Notes: generated by a model from the sequence alone, not told the origin. Shown: positions 1 to 12,559, numbered from the whole stretch's first letter. The stretch is DNA of 55,861 nt, filler included, from Platydemus manokwari (GCA_037951405.1; 5 parts of 5 records of this genome joined end to end with filler, not necessarily neighbours in it), one strand, 5' to 3'. Numbers and translations: made by a program.

Positions 1-269
1 ATTTCATAAATTATAAAATTTTTAAATTGTATTTGATTTCAAATTACTCTTTCTATAATATTTATGTAGGCCATCTTGTTAATATATATTTCCTTAGCTA
101 CTGTTCCTTTGGTCATGTACTGATATTTATTCATGCGAATCTTTACATTCATACGGTTTAATGCAGTCCATTTGATTTGTATCTGATCTATGAATGTTCC
201 AGAAACAATGTTTTTGGCAGCTCTGGAATTTAAACTATAAATATTTTTGTCATGTTTCTGTCATAATTT

Positions 270-1085
270 TGTTTGGGTTCATGAGAAAATTGATTCTCTG
301 TTGACAATTTTATATCTACATTTGGAGGAATTTATTGATTTCGTTTTATGAAAGTAGTCAGTTTTTTTACTCTGTAAAATTTTGGTTTTAATATTAATTT
401 TATTTCTTATTTTTATTCCTTCAATGTGCAAACGATAATAATAGAAGTTGAATTAAAAAATCCTTAAAATTAAAATAGTGAATATTTTTTGGTTAAATGA
501 TAATAATAATAAAGTCAAATGATTATTGATTTTTATAGTAAAATCTTTTTATTGTTAAATAAAGTAGAAAATTAAAACATATTTTCACCTCGCAACCAAA
601 AATATTAATTTACAAACCCCTATTTTCACGCGTATTTTGAAATATCAACAACAATAAAAACACCATGCCGACTATCAATGGAGAATTTGTGAAATATCAT
701 CACAATAAATCGGAAATGATGTCCGCATTTTTTATTTGTACCTATTATTTCTCTATGACCCAGTTACCATGTATAAGGTAGTAAACACTAAATGACTTCT
801 GCGGATTGAAACCACTAGAACAGTGCATTGATTGTTAAATCTAGAAGATCGATTTAGTTGGCAAAGCCAAGTCAAATTTTCCGAGTTAGTCATAAAATAT
901 ATGCCAATTTCTACGCCGTTCTGACTATCTTCATATGAGTCAAGAACGTCGAGGAGCAACATCAACACTCATTGGTTAAAATATTACCAGAGGGTCAAAA
1001 CGGGCTATGAGAATAGATTAAGTCTTAGATTTCGATTTAATCAAATAATAATAAATTAAGAAATAAAAGCAGTGACCCCAAAAAG
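270..1085. mobile_element. Solo-LTR-like insertion (TGTTTGGG...CCCCAAAA)
   Basis: Absent from the homologous copy at ~10370, where the sequences matching 1-265 and 1090-1500 are contiguous. Termini resemble the other TGTTGGG/CCCCAA elements in the window. Confidence 0.5.
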
Positions 1086-3433
1086 TATAAAATTTCAAAT
1101 AGGTTTATAACTCCGCAATTCAGATTATGTAAATTCATGCTTTCGATCCTCAACCACTTTCCATGATTATTGAATTCTGATGTTCATTTTCCTTCACGAA
1201 TTGAACTGTAAAAATGCATTTTATCTTTATTTTATCATTTATTATTATTTTACTACTATCTGGAGAGTATCCGAAAATTTTAAATTCTTATATAATCGAA
1301 ATTAAATATCATTATGGGGCTTACACATGACAGTACGCAAGGCAGAGCTATCCAAGTGATTACTATCGTTGCCATCGTCGGAACCATTCCAGTTTTAGTA
1401 CATATTTTTCCACACATTATTATTAATGCGATCGCTTTTGTTAATGCTATTGTGTTAATGTAACTATTTGGTGTTAAAGAATCATTATAATTGGATTTTT
1501 TAATGATTTTATTGACTTAATTTTTATTTTTTACTCTCGGTAGCCATCCTTTCTATTTTGTTGTATTTTCTTCTCGATCATTTAATTTTATTATACAATC
1601 TCATTTTTTTCACTTTCGTCGCTGTTTCTTAACCTAATTCTTTGTTTATCTTCTTGATTTTCTAATTCGTTTCTTAATTCTTGAATTGATACTTGTTGTT
1701 CAATGTCATCAGCACTCGGTCATTTTCTCTTTCATTTTTAAATTGATAAGATCTTGTTTCCTCAATGATGCTTTGGCTTTCTTTCACGTCATACTATGTA
1801 TATATCTGGAGGTTTCTTTGTTTTAAACCTGTTCACTTTCTAAACCACTGAACTTAATTATTTCAATCTAATGGTAATGAAGACGCTATTTCTTCCTTAG
1901 TTCGTTTTCACATGGTTATCTCTAAATTGTACATTTAATTTCTTTGTAATTTTTCTGATAATCTTGTCCATTTTTTAAAATAGTTCACTTTATTCATCCT
2001 TCTTGTTCTAAATTCCCATGGTCTCATTATTGGTGTCACCTTATTTTCTCTAGCTTTGTTTATTAGGTAAAATTTAAATGGTTCTCCATATAAGAAAATT
2101 CCGTCAGTCATTATTTCTAATGATACGCCTACCATATCCTATATTACTCGATTACCAGTTACTTCTCTTATATTTATTCCTTCTCTTCTGAATGACAATG
2201 TCTTATTTATTTCGTTTCTTTAAGTTTCTGCTGTAATACTCTCGTTAATTATACATTTTCTCTTGATCTCCAGTTCATTTTAATCTAAAATTTGTACCTC
2301 TGTGTTTACATTGGCTTCTGCTATTCTTGTCTTTCTCTAAACTGATCCTTTTGAAAAAGATCTCTATTTTCTAGTCTTTGTATTTTTAGATATCTTTTCA
2401 TATACCCATATCGGGTATATTTACTACCACATTCTTCATGATTACTCGTGAATGCGTGGTTTTTGGAAATTGATCTCTGGTTTTTGAAGTACCCATGACT
2501 AATAGAATTTTTTATTACTATGGGTTCACTATCGTTTTCATTGTAATATTCTGCTTAATATTTCCATCATTTCATTCATTTCCTTGCAGTGCCATGATTT
2601 TCCTTATGACATTAAATTAACTCTTTCGGTCATTCCATTATTATTAATTTCTTTAATAATTATATTGAGGTATTTTAAGGCAGTTTTTCTTCTTTTTGTA
2701 CTTGCTATCCCTTAATGTTCTGTATTATTAATGTAAATTTGGTTAATTTCTCTTCAAATTTATTTATTATAACTTCGGGTTGTACAATGTCTATTTCCTA
2801 TTTTTAATAAAATTCCTTCTAGTTTCCATAGTTTACTATTTTTTTTGTTAATTATTCTTCATTAATTTATCAAGTAGGTATATTATTATTTCGGTTAAGT
2901 TATTTCTTATCTTAAATATTTGTTCCTCTAAACATTATTTGTTATCCCAATTTTGAGAGCATCCTTGACACATCAGCAACCCATCTATAAGCATCTATTT
3001 TCATTACTCCTATCATGAATTACTTTAGTTCGAATTTTAAGACTTGAACTTGAAAACATATATGTTTTTGCTATCATCCTACCTATTTTTGTCCGACGTC
3101 GTTTCTATTTCCTTTGCACATCAAAATCGTTGCGTTGCACTGCTGCTTGTATTACTCTTATTGATTTTTTACTTCTGATCGCAATATTCCTATTATTGTT
3201 CTTATTCGTTTTATTTCATTAGTTTTATCCCGTTTCCTCCATAAATTTATCATATTCATTCCATTTTCTAAGCAATTTCCTTAATATGTTAATGTTGCCT
3301 CCATTTCTCTGCCTATGATCATGTTGTTCATATAATTTATTTATACCTTAATTAATCCTTATCTCTTTATACTCTTAATGTGATTTTACTAATTCTGTCA
3401 AGAAATCTTTTAAATGTCTCACACTGATGACAT

Positions 3434-3730
3434 TGTTGGGTATATCACAAATCAATCAAAAGGGTCACAACAACCGAGACAAGAACCTTAAAAAGAGTCA
3501 ATACACACAAAACCGATAAAGACGCGTGCTGTAAACTAATCAGACTCTTTCTTAAGTTAATCCATACTGAGAAGTTAAAAATCGCCAGGCACATACCTAC
3601 CAATGACAGCAAGCTTAAATATCAGACAATGGTAAGAGAAATGTAGAAAAAATCTCAAGTAAATCGATCCACAAACAAATTCAGCAAATAGAAAACAAAG
3701 ATAAGTGGCATTAAGCAGAAAAACCCGATA
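3434..3730. mobile_element. Short LTR-like insertion inside the Gypsy protease region
   Basis: Starts TGTTGGG and ends ACCCGATA (degenerate CCCAACA). A-rich on + strand, opposite to the T-rich surrounding element. No clean TSD. Confidence 0.3.
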
Positions 3731-5363
3731 GGACTATAAAAGAGGTTGAGTTCAATGGATTATTGCCAGTCTTTTATGATCGGTAACTTCAGTGCTTAGC
3801 TTATGTGCTATTTTAGTAATCAGTCTTTTGATTATTTTTGACTTTCGGGTGCTGATATCATCTTGAGTGATTTTCTTTGAGACTTTCCTGTACTTAATCT
3901 TCCTTGCTAACTAGACCTATTCTTCAATTTTCTATTTCACTATATTGTTTTTTCTTAAGTTTTTGTTTTCTTTTACGACTTTCAATTGTACAATGACACT
4001 GTCCGATTTATACTGTGAGAATCCCAAGTCGAAAAGATTTTTTTGTTTTATGTAATATTATTATTTTATATGCTACAAGCCCATAATTATTCTCTAACTG
4101 TTGTGCTATTCCTCTCTTGATTTCCTTAATTGTTATGCATACATGTGAAATTAATTTCATATTCCTTTACTTCATGAAATGCCATACATTTACTATCAAT
4201 GGTTTTCGTAAATCGGAATTTTCCTTACTATTCCTTCCACGTTTTTAATTGTTTTCCATTCCTCATCATTTTTTTTTCATAGTGTCTCTTGCATATTGCT
4301 GTGCTTGTTGGATTATATTTTTGGGTTTTTCAAATTCTTCACAGTTCAATAGTATATTATATCTTTTGTATACGCTATTATTAATAATTTCTTATTTTCT
4401 TCTGATTTTATAGTATCTTTATCATCCACCAATTTTTTGTCTTTTACTGTTTATTATTAGCTTCAGTCCTACTTTTTCTTCTTGCTATTGAAATTAAATT
4501 ATTTAATCCATAAGCTATTCACTGCTGGTCTTGATTGTAAATCATATTCTTATTCTCCTTTCTTTGAATAAATTGTGATTGATCAATCTCAACCAATTTT
4601 ACCGATTGTAATTCTTCTATCTTTTTGATTAATTTTTCTTTTTCTTTTGCTAATCTCATCGTTGCCATTTGATATTCCTACTAAGATTGTTTGGTTCTTT
4701 TAATTTGTCTTCTAATATATTTTCTTTCAATATTTTCCTTTGTTTTCCACTTGCTTTATTCTATTTCCTTCTTGACACCTAGCTTCTTTTTTCTCCCTTT
4801 TACTAATTATTTTCAGATAATTAGCTCTTGCTCTTCGCACCTCTTTCTAAACCTGCTTTATGTCTAGTTACCGCTGTATTTTGCTTTTCATTATATTCTA
4901 TTCTCAATTTACATTATGATATTAAATGTTCTGTTCATTTACGGCATTCACATTGCAAATCACTTGTGTAATCAAAGGTTTTTATTCTAATGTCATTATT
5001 CGAAGGATTTGCACTTAATTTATTCCTATTTCTATCATATGGCACAATCCTTCTTTCATTCAATCTATCTGTATCTTCTTCACATATATATATCTGTTGG
5101 GTTATTATAGTTTTTATATTGCGTAATTTTATTAATATACTTGTTGCTGTTTTCGAGAATTATATTAGTTCCTTTTATATATCTGTTAAATATTGACGGG
5201 TCATTATATAATAATAAGTTCATATTGTAAATGCACAATTTGTAAAAAGATATTAATTAATGTCGTCATAATATCAGAAGGATTTTTTAACTCTAATAAT
5301 TTCCCAAAATATGGTTACCCTAAATCTCCAACTTATCTGGACTCCAAACAGATAAGAGGTTAT

Positions 5364-6151
5364 TGTTGCTAGAACACTCGGGTGATTAAAATAAAAATAG
5401 TATTTAAAATATAAATGATTAAAAATATAAAATACAATTGAACAATGCAAAATAAGACAAAATAAAATGTATTGATAATCAAAATTAATCTGAACACAAA
5501 AAATTTAAATAAGTCAAGGCGGTGATCGTTATTGTAGGAGAAAAAAGATGTGTAGTCAAGAAAAAAGTATAGGGCGTACCACTTAGGTGCTCGGGTAAGC
5601 CTCTCGTGACAAAAAGTTGAGAATGGGGAACTTTTTAAGTGAGAACCTAAATGAGTTAAAAAGACCTCAAGGCTAAGAGTAGCCGTGGGTCGATAATTAA
5701 TAAAATAATGAAAAAATATACTTGTTGAATTCATCATAAAATAAAATTCTTCAAATGTGGAGAATAAAAATTTTCATACAATCAAAAATAAGTTTCTTCA
5801 AATTCTGCGGATTCAAATGGTCATACAATAACTTAAAATGTTCATACAATTAGTAGATGTAATGAGTAGAAGTGCGAGTGCTGTCTGTTTATGCCAGTAT
5901 ATATACTATTTTGTGTCTTATTGTGAATCATACATCTTGTTGCTATTTTTGGTAACATTCTATGCTTGGTAGCATATGTTGGTAATTTTAGCATATGTAC
6001 AGCATATATACAGCATTTTTAGCCTATGTATTTATTTATGGCAACAAGTGTGATTATTTTAGTTTAACGTGCACTGTTGACTCTATTTTTAGATTTGAAT
6101 GTGATTTTAACCAATGACGTTAATGTCGATTAATTTTGGTGCAGTAAAACA
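5364..6151 (-). mobile_element. LTR-like segment (possibly the 5' LTR of the Gypsy relic, or an independent solo LTR)
   Basis: TG...CA termini (TGTTGC / CAGTAAAACA), locally higher GC, TATATATA at ~5899-5906. Right end CAGTAAAACA is shared with 8916-9869. No PBS or TSD verified. Confidence 0.3.
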
Positions 6152-6479
6152 AATTTAAAATTTTTATGAATATTTCTTGTATTTTTTTGAAAATATTATT
6201 ATATTATTATTTATACTTATTTTATGCCTTCGTTGGTTCAAAATGGCTTGGTTAGTTCCCCACATATCTTTCTTTTCTTTCTTTTATTCTTTCGTAATTA
6301 TTATATTGTTAGTTCTATTATAGTATTGTTGATTGAACTCCTGGTAATGACTTGTTTTTAATTATGCATTTTTCAGTCATTAATGCGCTTATGTACTGTT
6401 CGAAAATCTCTGCCATCGTAATTGTTATCGTAAATTTTTATATAATTACTTTTATTATTAATATTATTATTATTATTAT

Positions 6480-7036
6480 ATTTTATTATGCCAGTATGAA
6501 TTTATGAGTAGTATATAATTGACATGAAATGATTTTGTGCATCCATATAGATTATATTAAAACGAATTAGGAATTAACAAAACATCGCAAAATCTTAATT
6601 TAATTTAAACATGTATAGGTGGTACTCAGAGTTTAAGGTGATTGGATCTTAGGCAACAATAATAAAATTCATAAATTCATAAATTAAATTTTGGTTATCT
6701 ATTTCATAAATTATGAAAATTTTAAATTCTATTCTATTTGGATGAAACTTCATGATTTAATGAAAAATAATGACGTTTTCATGAATAATTTGACACATTA
6801 GTCCAAATATTATTCCGAAATATTTATCGATTCCTATTAAAAGAAAACCTTTTCCTCAAACAACATATTACGAATATATTCAAATCAAATATTATTAACC
6901 AAAATTAAAAATATTCACAATGACGAAAATCTGATTGATTTCACGATGATTTAGAAAAGAACATTTTCGAGAACTCTAAATGAAATATTTACAATCATTT
7001 CATAAAATACATATCAGAAATATTACCATCAAATGA
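6480..7036 (+). repeat. Segmental duplication, copy A (pairs with ~11515-12065)
   Basis: Near-identical over 6700-7036 vs 11730-12065 (e.g. 'gatttaatgaaaaataatgacgttttcatgaataatttgacacattagtc'). More diverged to the left. Confidence 0.9.
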
Positions 7037-7628
7037 GATCAACCCATCACCATCCAGATCAGCTGCTTTAATCATAGCATCCAATTGTTTTTCACTTAAA
7101 TGATCTCCGAGATCCTTCATTGTGATTCTTAATTCATCTCTATCAATTGTGCCATTTCCATCTTTATCGAAAATCTGATAAATTGAAAGATGAATTATAT
7201 TAAATCTGTAAACAAGATAGAAATCATTACTCGAAAAGCAGCTTCAATTTCTTCATCTCGTGATTTATTTTTAAATGAATAACGTCTCACGAAAAATATA
7301 AATTCACAGAAGTCTATTTGATCGTTGTCATCTACAATAGGATTTCGATTAAACAAAAATATCAAGATTTTCAAATAAAATTTATACTCAAAGTCTTAGC
7401 GTTATTGAACATTTGATTGAATTCGGAAGGTGTCGGGAATTCACCAAGATTATGAAATACTCTTAATAATTCTTGTTTATCAATGAGTCCATTTCGATCG
7501 GTATCAACTAGATTGAATGCTCTTTTGTAAACTGTGACAAAACAATAATCATATATCAATACTATTTAACAAAACCAACCTTTAAATTGTTTATCAGATA
7601 ATTGGTATTTGACTTTATTTGTTTGCAT
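6941..7628 (-). CDS. Calmodulin-like EF-hand protein, 158 aa, 5 exons (7628-7580, 7531-7388, 7331-7231, 7174-7027, 6975-6941)
   Basis: All four introns are GT-AG (48, 56, 56, 51 nt) and the 477-nt spliced frame is open: MQTNKVKYQLSDKQFKVYKRAFNLVDTDRNGLIDKQE...DEEIEAAFRIFDKDGNGTIDRDE...AADLDGDGLISFDEFSKMFFSKSS*. Three canonical EF loops and one degenerate loop. Confidence 0.93.
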
Positions 7629-8915
7629 TGTTGAAATAGTAATAAATATAAAGTAATTTAATTATATTATTATTAATAATAATTACTTAAACAAATTTAA
7701 TATAAAAAATAATTTCATTTCCTCAGATGTCAAAATTTATAAAAATTATTTAGCCATTTAAAGTTATAAATATTGATTGTCATTGAACAAAATGAATTTG
7801 AGACAGATTCGATAAGTAAAATATTAAAATGACAAGCGATTTGATGATTAATAAGCACGGGATTATTTAAATGACATGAATTAGTATTTTTGACTTCCTA
7901 TATTTCGAACATAATAATTCCTAAAATTAAAAAAAATTAAGGAAACCTGTAGGAAAAAATCAATAATTATTCAAATATGTCATCAGTGTATTCCTCGACC
8001 TTATTAGAGCCGTTTAATTGGTATATTTTCGTCATTTAAGAAATATTTTAACCTGAAACAAAGATTAATTAGTAAAATTTTTTGGAAATTTACAATAAGG
8101 AAGAAATTAATAAAAACTTTAATAATTATTTAATAATAAAGTTTACAATGATTTAAAATAATTTAAAAATAATTTTGAATAATTTAATATTAGTTTTACA
8201 AAGAGAAATAATATTTTTTAATTTTATAAGTTATTTTTGTATAAATTAAATATTTTCATTCATATGTATGATTAAGATTGACAGTTAAAGAAGCTCTGAG
8301 GAAAAGATTTGAAATAATAAAAATTACGAAAAACACCTAAATGAACATTTAACCAATCTCCAACTTTAAACGGAATAGCTACCACTAACAATTTTAACAT
8401 TCAATAATATATATTTACTAAATATTATTAAATAAAAGATTTTACTGATTTATTTCTGGTTTTTTCTTGATAGAATTCACAAATGTACAAAGAGAAATTC
8501 TATGCTATGTTTCTGCTAAGGCTTATGTGTTTGATTTTGAAGATTAATAGTATTTCCTTTGTAATGTGTCGCTCGATTATTTTGTTAATAGCCAAAATAA
8601 TGTCTTCGTTTGGCTTAATTATGTTTATTTTTTTCTAAATTTTATATTTTCTGATTTTTATCAATAATGTCAGTGGGCAGTAGTAGTGTATAGAAGTATG
8701 TATTTCATTCATTATTGGAATTATATACATAATTATTGTAATTTTGATGTTCAACGCCTTCATTCTATCTCTGTCATCGTAATTGTTATTTTAAATTTAT
8801 TTATTACTTCTCATGAATTAATTATGTTTATTTTTTCTAAATTTTTATTTTCCGTTATTATTTTTATTAATGTCAGTATGCATTTATTAGATATATTTAT
8901 ATCAAATCGTACAAG

Positions 8916-9869
8916 TGTTTTCTCTCAACGGGCTTAACCCTTAATAGAGTTCTGTCAATCACGGAATAAATCCGCTCACAATTCTGAGATACTGGCCGAG
9001 GAGTTACTCCTGGCCTATACTACGTACTAGCGAGCACAATTAAATTACGGGCGCTCTATTCTACTATCTTCTTTTATAATACCGATATACGAAGTCCACT
9101 ACCCCGAATATCCTAATACAATATATCTCTACATGTAATTCGAATTACCAATATTCGGGATGCACTAACCGCGAATATTCTAATAAACACAATGAAAGTT
9201 TCTACTACTATTTTGTGCTACCAATATTCGGGATACACTATCCACGAATATTCTAATAAATACAAACTATCAAATCAATAACCTGATTCCTTTTACTGGA
9301 TTCAATAACTTCTTCAAAAAAAATGACAATCTTCTAATATCTTGTAATAATCTTCTGAATTTCTGTTCTGAATTTCCTCGGTGAGATTGCTCTATTAATG
9401 CTCCTTTTCTCCTGTAGAAATTGTGAATGATAAATCCGTTAATCTTCTTGCTTCTGTAACTTCTAATCCAACTGAATTGGTTTCTAAAAACTCTGTTTTA
9501 CTTGAATCTATTTCTGAGGTTCTGTTCTGAAATTATGGCCCTGTTAAAATACTAATCCCAGTGAAATTCTGGCGAAAATTATGGCAGTCAGCAACTGAGT
9601 GCCTTCACTTCATATTCTGCATCACTGTTTAGTGAGCCAATTATCCACCACCTCGTGCTGGTTAACCACCAATTCCATGAATTGATGTTGTTTTGTCCTA
9701 AAATCCGTCGAAACTATTTCACCGATTGACTATCTTTCAGTCAAGCCAAAGTTTATTTTCCCAGAAACTTCACTAGTTGGTACTTTGGCCCTAACAATAT
9801 TCGAAATTATCGACAATTTCTGACCTTGGAAATTGGTTTCTATTTTTAATTAAATGACTCAGTAAAACA
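8916..9869 (-). mobile_element. Solo-LTR-like element with internal ~73-nt tandem repeat
   Basis: TGTTTT...AAAACA inverted termini, raised GC, minus-strand TATAAAAG at ~9071-9078. Repeats 'ccaatattcgggat(g/a)cacta..cgaatattctaataaa' at 9148 and 9221. No TSD found. Confidence 0.45.
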
Positions 9870-10086
9870 AACTGAATTATATAATAATTAATTTTATTCT
9901 TTATTTTTTTTAATATTATTATAATTAATATTTATTATTTAGACATAAATAATTTTATTTAAATAAACATTATTCTATTTGAGTTTTATTAATATATTTT
10001 CACATTTAGATAATTTCAATTCAAACGCCTTTAAATCAATTTTTAAATCAATCAATTCTTTGTTATTTCTTTTCATTAATTATATT

Positions 10087-11760
10087 TAATTGGTGGGCTC
10101 TTCATGTATTTCATAAATTATACAATTTTTAAATTGTTTTTTATTTCAAATTAGTCTTTCTATAATATTTATGTAGGCCATCTTGTTAATATATATTTTC
10201 TTAACTATCTTTTCTTTAGTCATGTACTGATGTTTATTCATGTTGATCTTTGCATTCATGCAGTTTAATTCAGTCCATTTTATTTGTATTTGATCTATGA
10301 AGGTTCCAGGAACAATTTTCTTGGCAGCTCTAACGTTTGAACTATAAATATGTTGGTTATGTTTTTTCTATAAATTCCAAATTGATATATTACTCCGCAA
10401 CTCAGATTAGATATATTCAATGGATTCTTAAAACTCTCATGCATTCGACTGTCAGTCACTTTCAATTATTATTGAATTCTGGTGTTGATTTTCTTTTACT
10501 AATCGCACTGTAAAAATTCATTTTATCTTTTCTTTGGTCATTTATTATGATTTCACTGTTGACTGGAGCGTAACTGAAAATTTTCTATTATTATATAATC
10601 GAAATTAAATATCATTATGGGACTTATTCTTTTCTGTACACATGGTAGAGCTATCAATGTGATCACTATCAGTGCCATCCACGGAAACTTTACAATTTTA
10701 GTGCATATTATTCCACACATTATTAACAACGGGATCGCTTTTATTATTGCTATTGTATCAGTGTAATTATTCATGACACATTGTAGCATTAAATTCTATT
10801 CCCATTGTTGTTTTCTACAGTTATATTTTTCTATGCCTGCATCTAATCCCCTTATTAACCGTACACTACATACATTACTAAGAATGGTTTGCACTTTTAT
10901 TGAAAATTTAGATTCTTGTCTCCTTAATATATTTTTAACTTTTCTTTTGATGACATTTGCTTTCCTTTTGGTATTGTCTGTTATTTTTGATTGATTTTTT
11001 CGATGAATTATTTTGTTGTCCATTTATTTATGGTTTACTGAGTAACTTTTCATCTTCATTCTTAATATTAATTGTTTCCATAGCGCTTCTATTTAGTATT
11101 TTATTTGAACCATTTCTATCTTTATCAATGTGATGCTATACTGTCTGTTCATGCATTCTTACGTTTTTCTCTGATACACGGATTTCAACACTAAGTGATT
11201 TTAAATGTTGTTTAAACTTCTTATTTGCTTCTTCCTTTTGATTAATTTTTTCGTTGCCTGTGAATGCATTTGATTTTTCTCTAAATCACCTGTGATATCA
11301 TAAAGTGCTTGTATATTTTTTGTTCAATTCTCCATCTCATTTTCTTCTTTTATGACTTTTCTGATGGTTTGTCCATTTTATTTAGTGTTGAGGAATCCTT
11401 ATAATTTGATTTCTTAATGATTTTATGATTTTAGTTTTACTTTTTATTTTAACCATTACCATAATTTTGTGTTAATTATGATTATTTTTTCTAAATAAAT
11501 TTATTTTCCGATGTTATTAATAATGTCAGCATAAATTTATTAGTTAGTAGTATATCTTTGACAAAAAATTCTTTTGTGTGTTCACATTGAAAAGTAAGAA
11601 TTTTAAACAAAAATTCGATAAATCTTTTTTGAATCAAATACATGTAATGGTTCTGAGGGTTTTAGGTGATTGGATCTTTGACAGTTCTAATAAAAATCAT
11701 CAATTTTATAAATTAAATATTGGTTTTGTATTTCATAAATTATAAAATTTTTAAATTCTA
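10087..11760 (-). mobile_element. Second fragment of the same Gypsy element (integrase tail plus env-like ORF remnant)
   Basis: 10108-10370 matches 1-265, and 10393-10770 matches 1110-1470. ORF 10553-10789 is the hydrophobic segment. ~11140-11340 reads like an integrase C-terminal linker ('LEKNQMHSQATKK...RMHEQTV'). Confidence 0.55.
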
Positions 11761-11969
11761 CTCTATTTGGAAGAAAATTTATGATTTAATGAAAAATAAT
11801 GACGTTTTCATGAATAATTTGACACATTAGTCGAAATATTATTCCGAAATATTTATCGATTCCTATTAAAAGAAAACCTTATTCTCAAACAACTTATTAC
11901 GAATATATTCAAATCAAATATTATTAACCAAAACTAAAAATATTGAGAGTGATGAAAATCTGATTGATT

Positions 11970-12065
11970 TCACGATGATTTAGGAAAAAACATTTTCGAG
12001 AACTCTAAATGAAATATTTACAATCATTTCATAAAATACATATCAGAAATATTACCATCAAATGA
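11970..12065 (-). CDS. 3' end (end of exon 4, last intron, exon 5) of a second calmodulin-like copy; remainder lost in gap
   Basis: Last intron essentially identical to 6976-7026. Exon reads EFSKMFFPKSS* (S to P relative to copy A). Truncated by the N spacer at 12066. Confidence 0.8.
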
Positions 12066-12165
12066 NNNNNNNNNNNNNNNNNNNNNNNNNNNNNNNNNNN
12101 NNNNNNNNNTTAATTAATTAANNNNNNNNNNNNNNNNNNNNNNNNNNNNNNNNNNNNNNNNNNNN
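12066..12165. other. Artificial 100-nt scaffold spacer N44-TTAATTAATTAA-N44 (also 21702-21801, 31648-31747, 44285-44384; plain N gaps at 40477-40723 and 54540-54728)
   Basis: The same palindromic all-frame-stop 12-mer is centred in fixed-length N runs four times. Confidence 0.97.
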
Positions 12166-12400
12166 AAAATCTATATCAACACAAAGGAGGTTCGTTATCG
12201 GAGCCTTCCCTTGTTGAAAAAATATTTTCCTAATCTGTGTGCTGTTAATTTGATTCTTGTTTGTTTGTGAAAGTAATTTGATTGTATCTATTTTACGTTT
12301 CAATATTTGGGCAAATATATTTTATAATCGACTTATCATTGAATTTGTTATTGAACAATAATATAGGAGTACGCACCTACCGGATTGACATTGCGCTTCA
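12166..12400 (-). mobile_element. Non-LTR (LINE) reverse-transcriptase C-terminal remnant
   Basis: Minus-strand translation 'VRTPILLFNNKFNDKSIIKYIC...KRKIDTIKLLS...QIRKIFFQ' resembles the post-RT LG++DxxLxFxxHIxxxxxK region of LINEs. Frameshifted. Confidence 0.35.
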
Positions 12401-12559
12401 ACCGGTAGCATACAGAACTCACCTATCTAAATAATAAAAGAACCAAAACTCCAACAATAGTTACTATTTCATATCTAGATTAAAGTGCGGGATTTGTGTT
12501 TGTCAAAAATTATTGTCAAATTCAACAGAGTGAATATAAAAGAATTGATTAATGTAGCA

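Larger units (their letters stand above)
1..5200 (-). mobile_element. Degenerate Ty3/Gypsy LTR-retrotransposon internal region (gag-PR-[RT mostly missing]-RH-IN plus env-like ORF)
   Basis: Manual minus-strand translation through stops and frameshifts gives motifs in Gypsy order. Gag-like 'RK*TEHLIS*CKL...AGLERGAKSK' (~4830-4950); decayed zinc knuckle 'TCMHNN*GNQERNS' (~4105-4145); protease-like 'LFDLGFS' (~4015-4037) and 'MIIGREM' (~3303-3322); RNase H-like 'DALKIGI' (~2945-2965) and 'KFTLIIQNIKG' (~2710-2745); integrase core 'GVSLEIMTDG..F.GEPF...TPIMRP...RMNK' (ORF 1935-2135); then a hydrophobic ORF remnant at ~1100-1480 and 1-260. Confidence 0.6.

Noticed and set aside
1935-2135. ORF first read as Gypsy RNase H ('FLYGEPFKFY')
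   Set aside because: Spacing of G...IMTDG...F...T...P...RMNK and its position fit the integrase core better.
12110-12121. Recurrent palindrome TTAATTAATTAA
   Set aside because: Always centred in 100-nt N runs; an assembly spacer, not biology.
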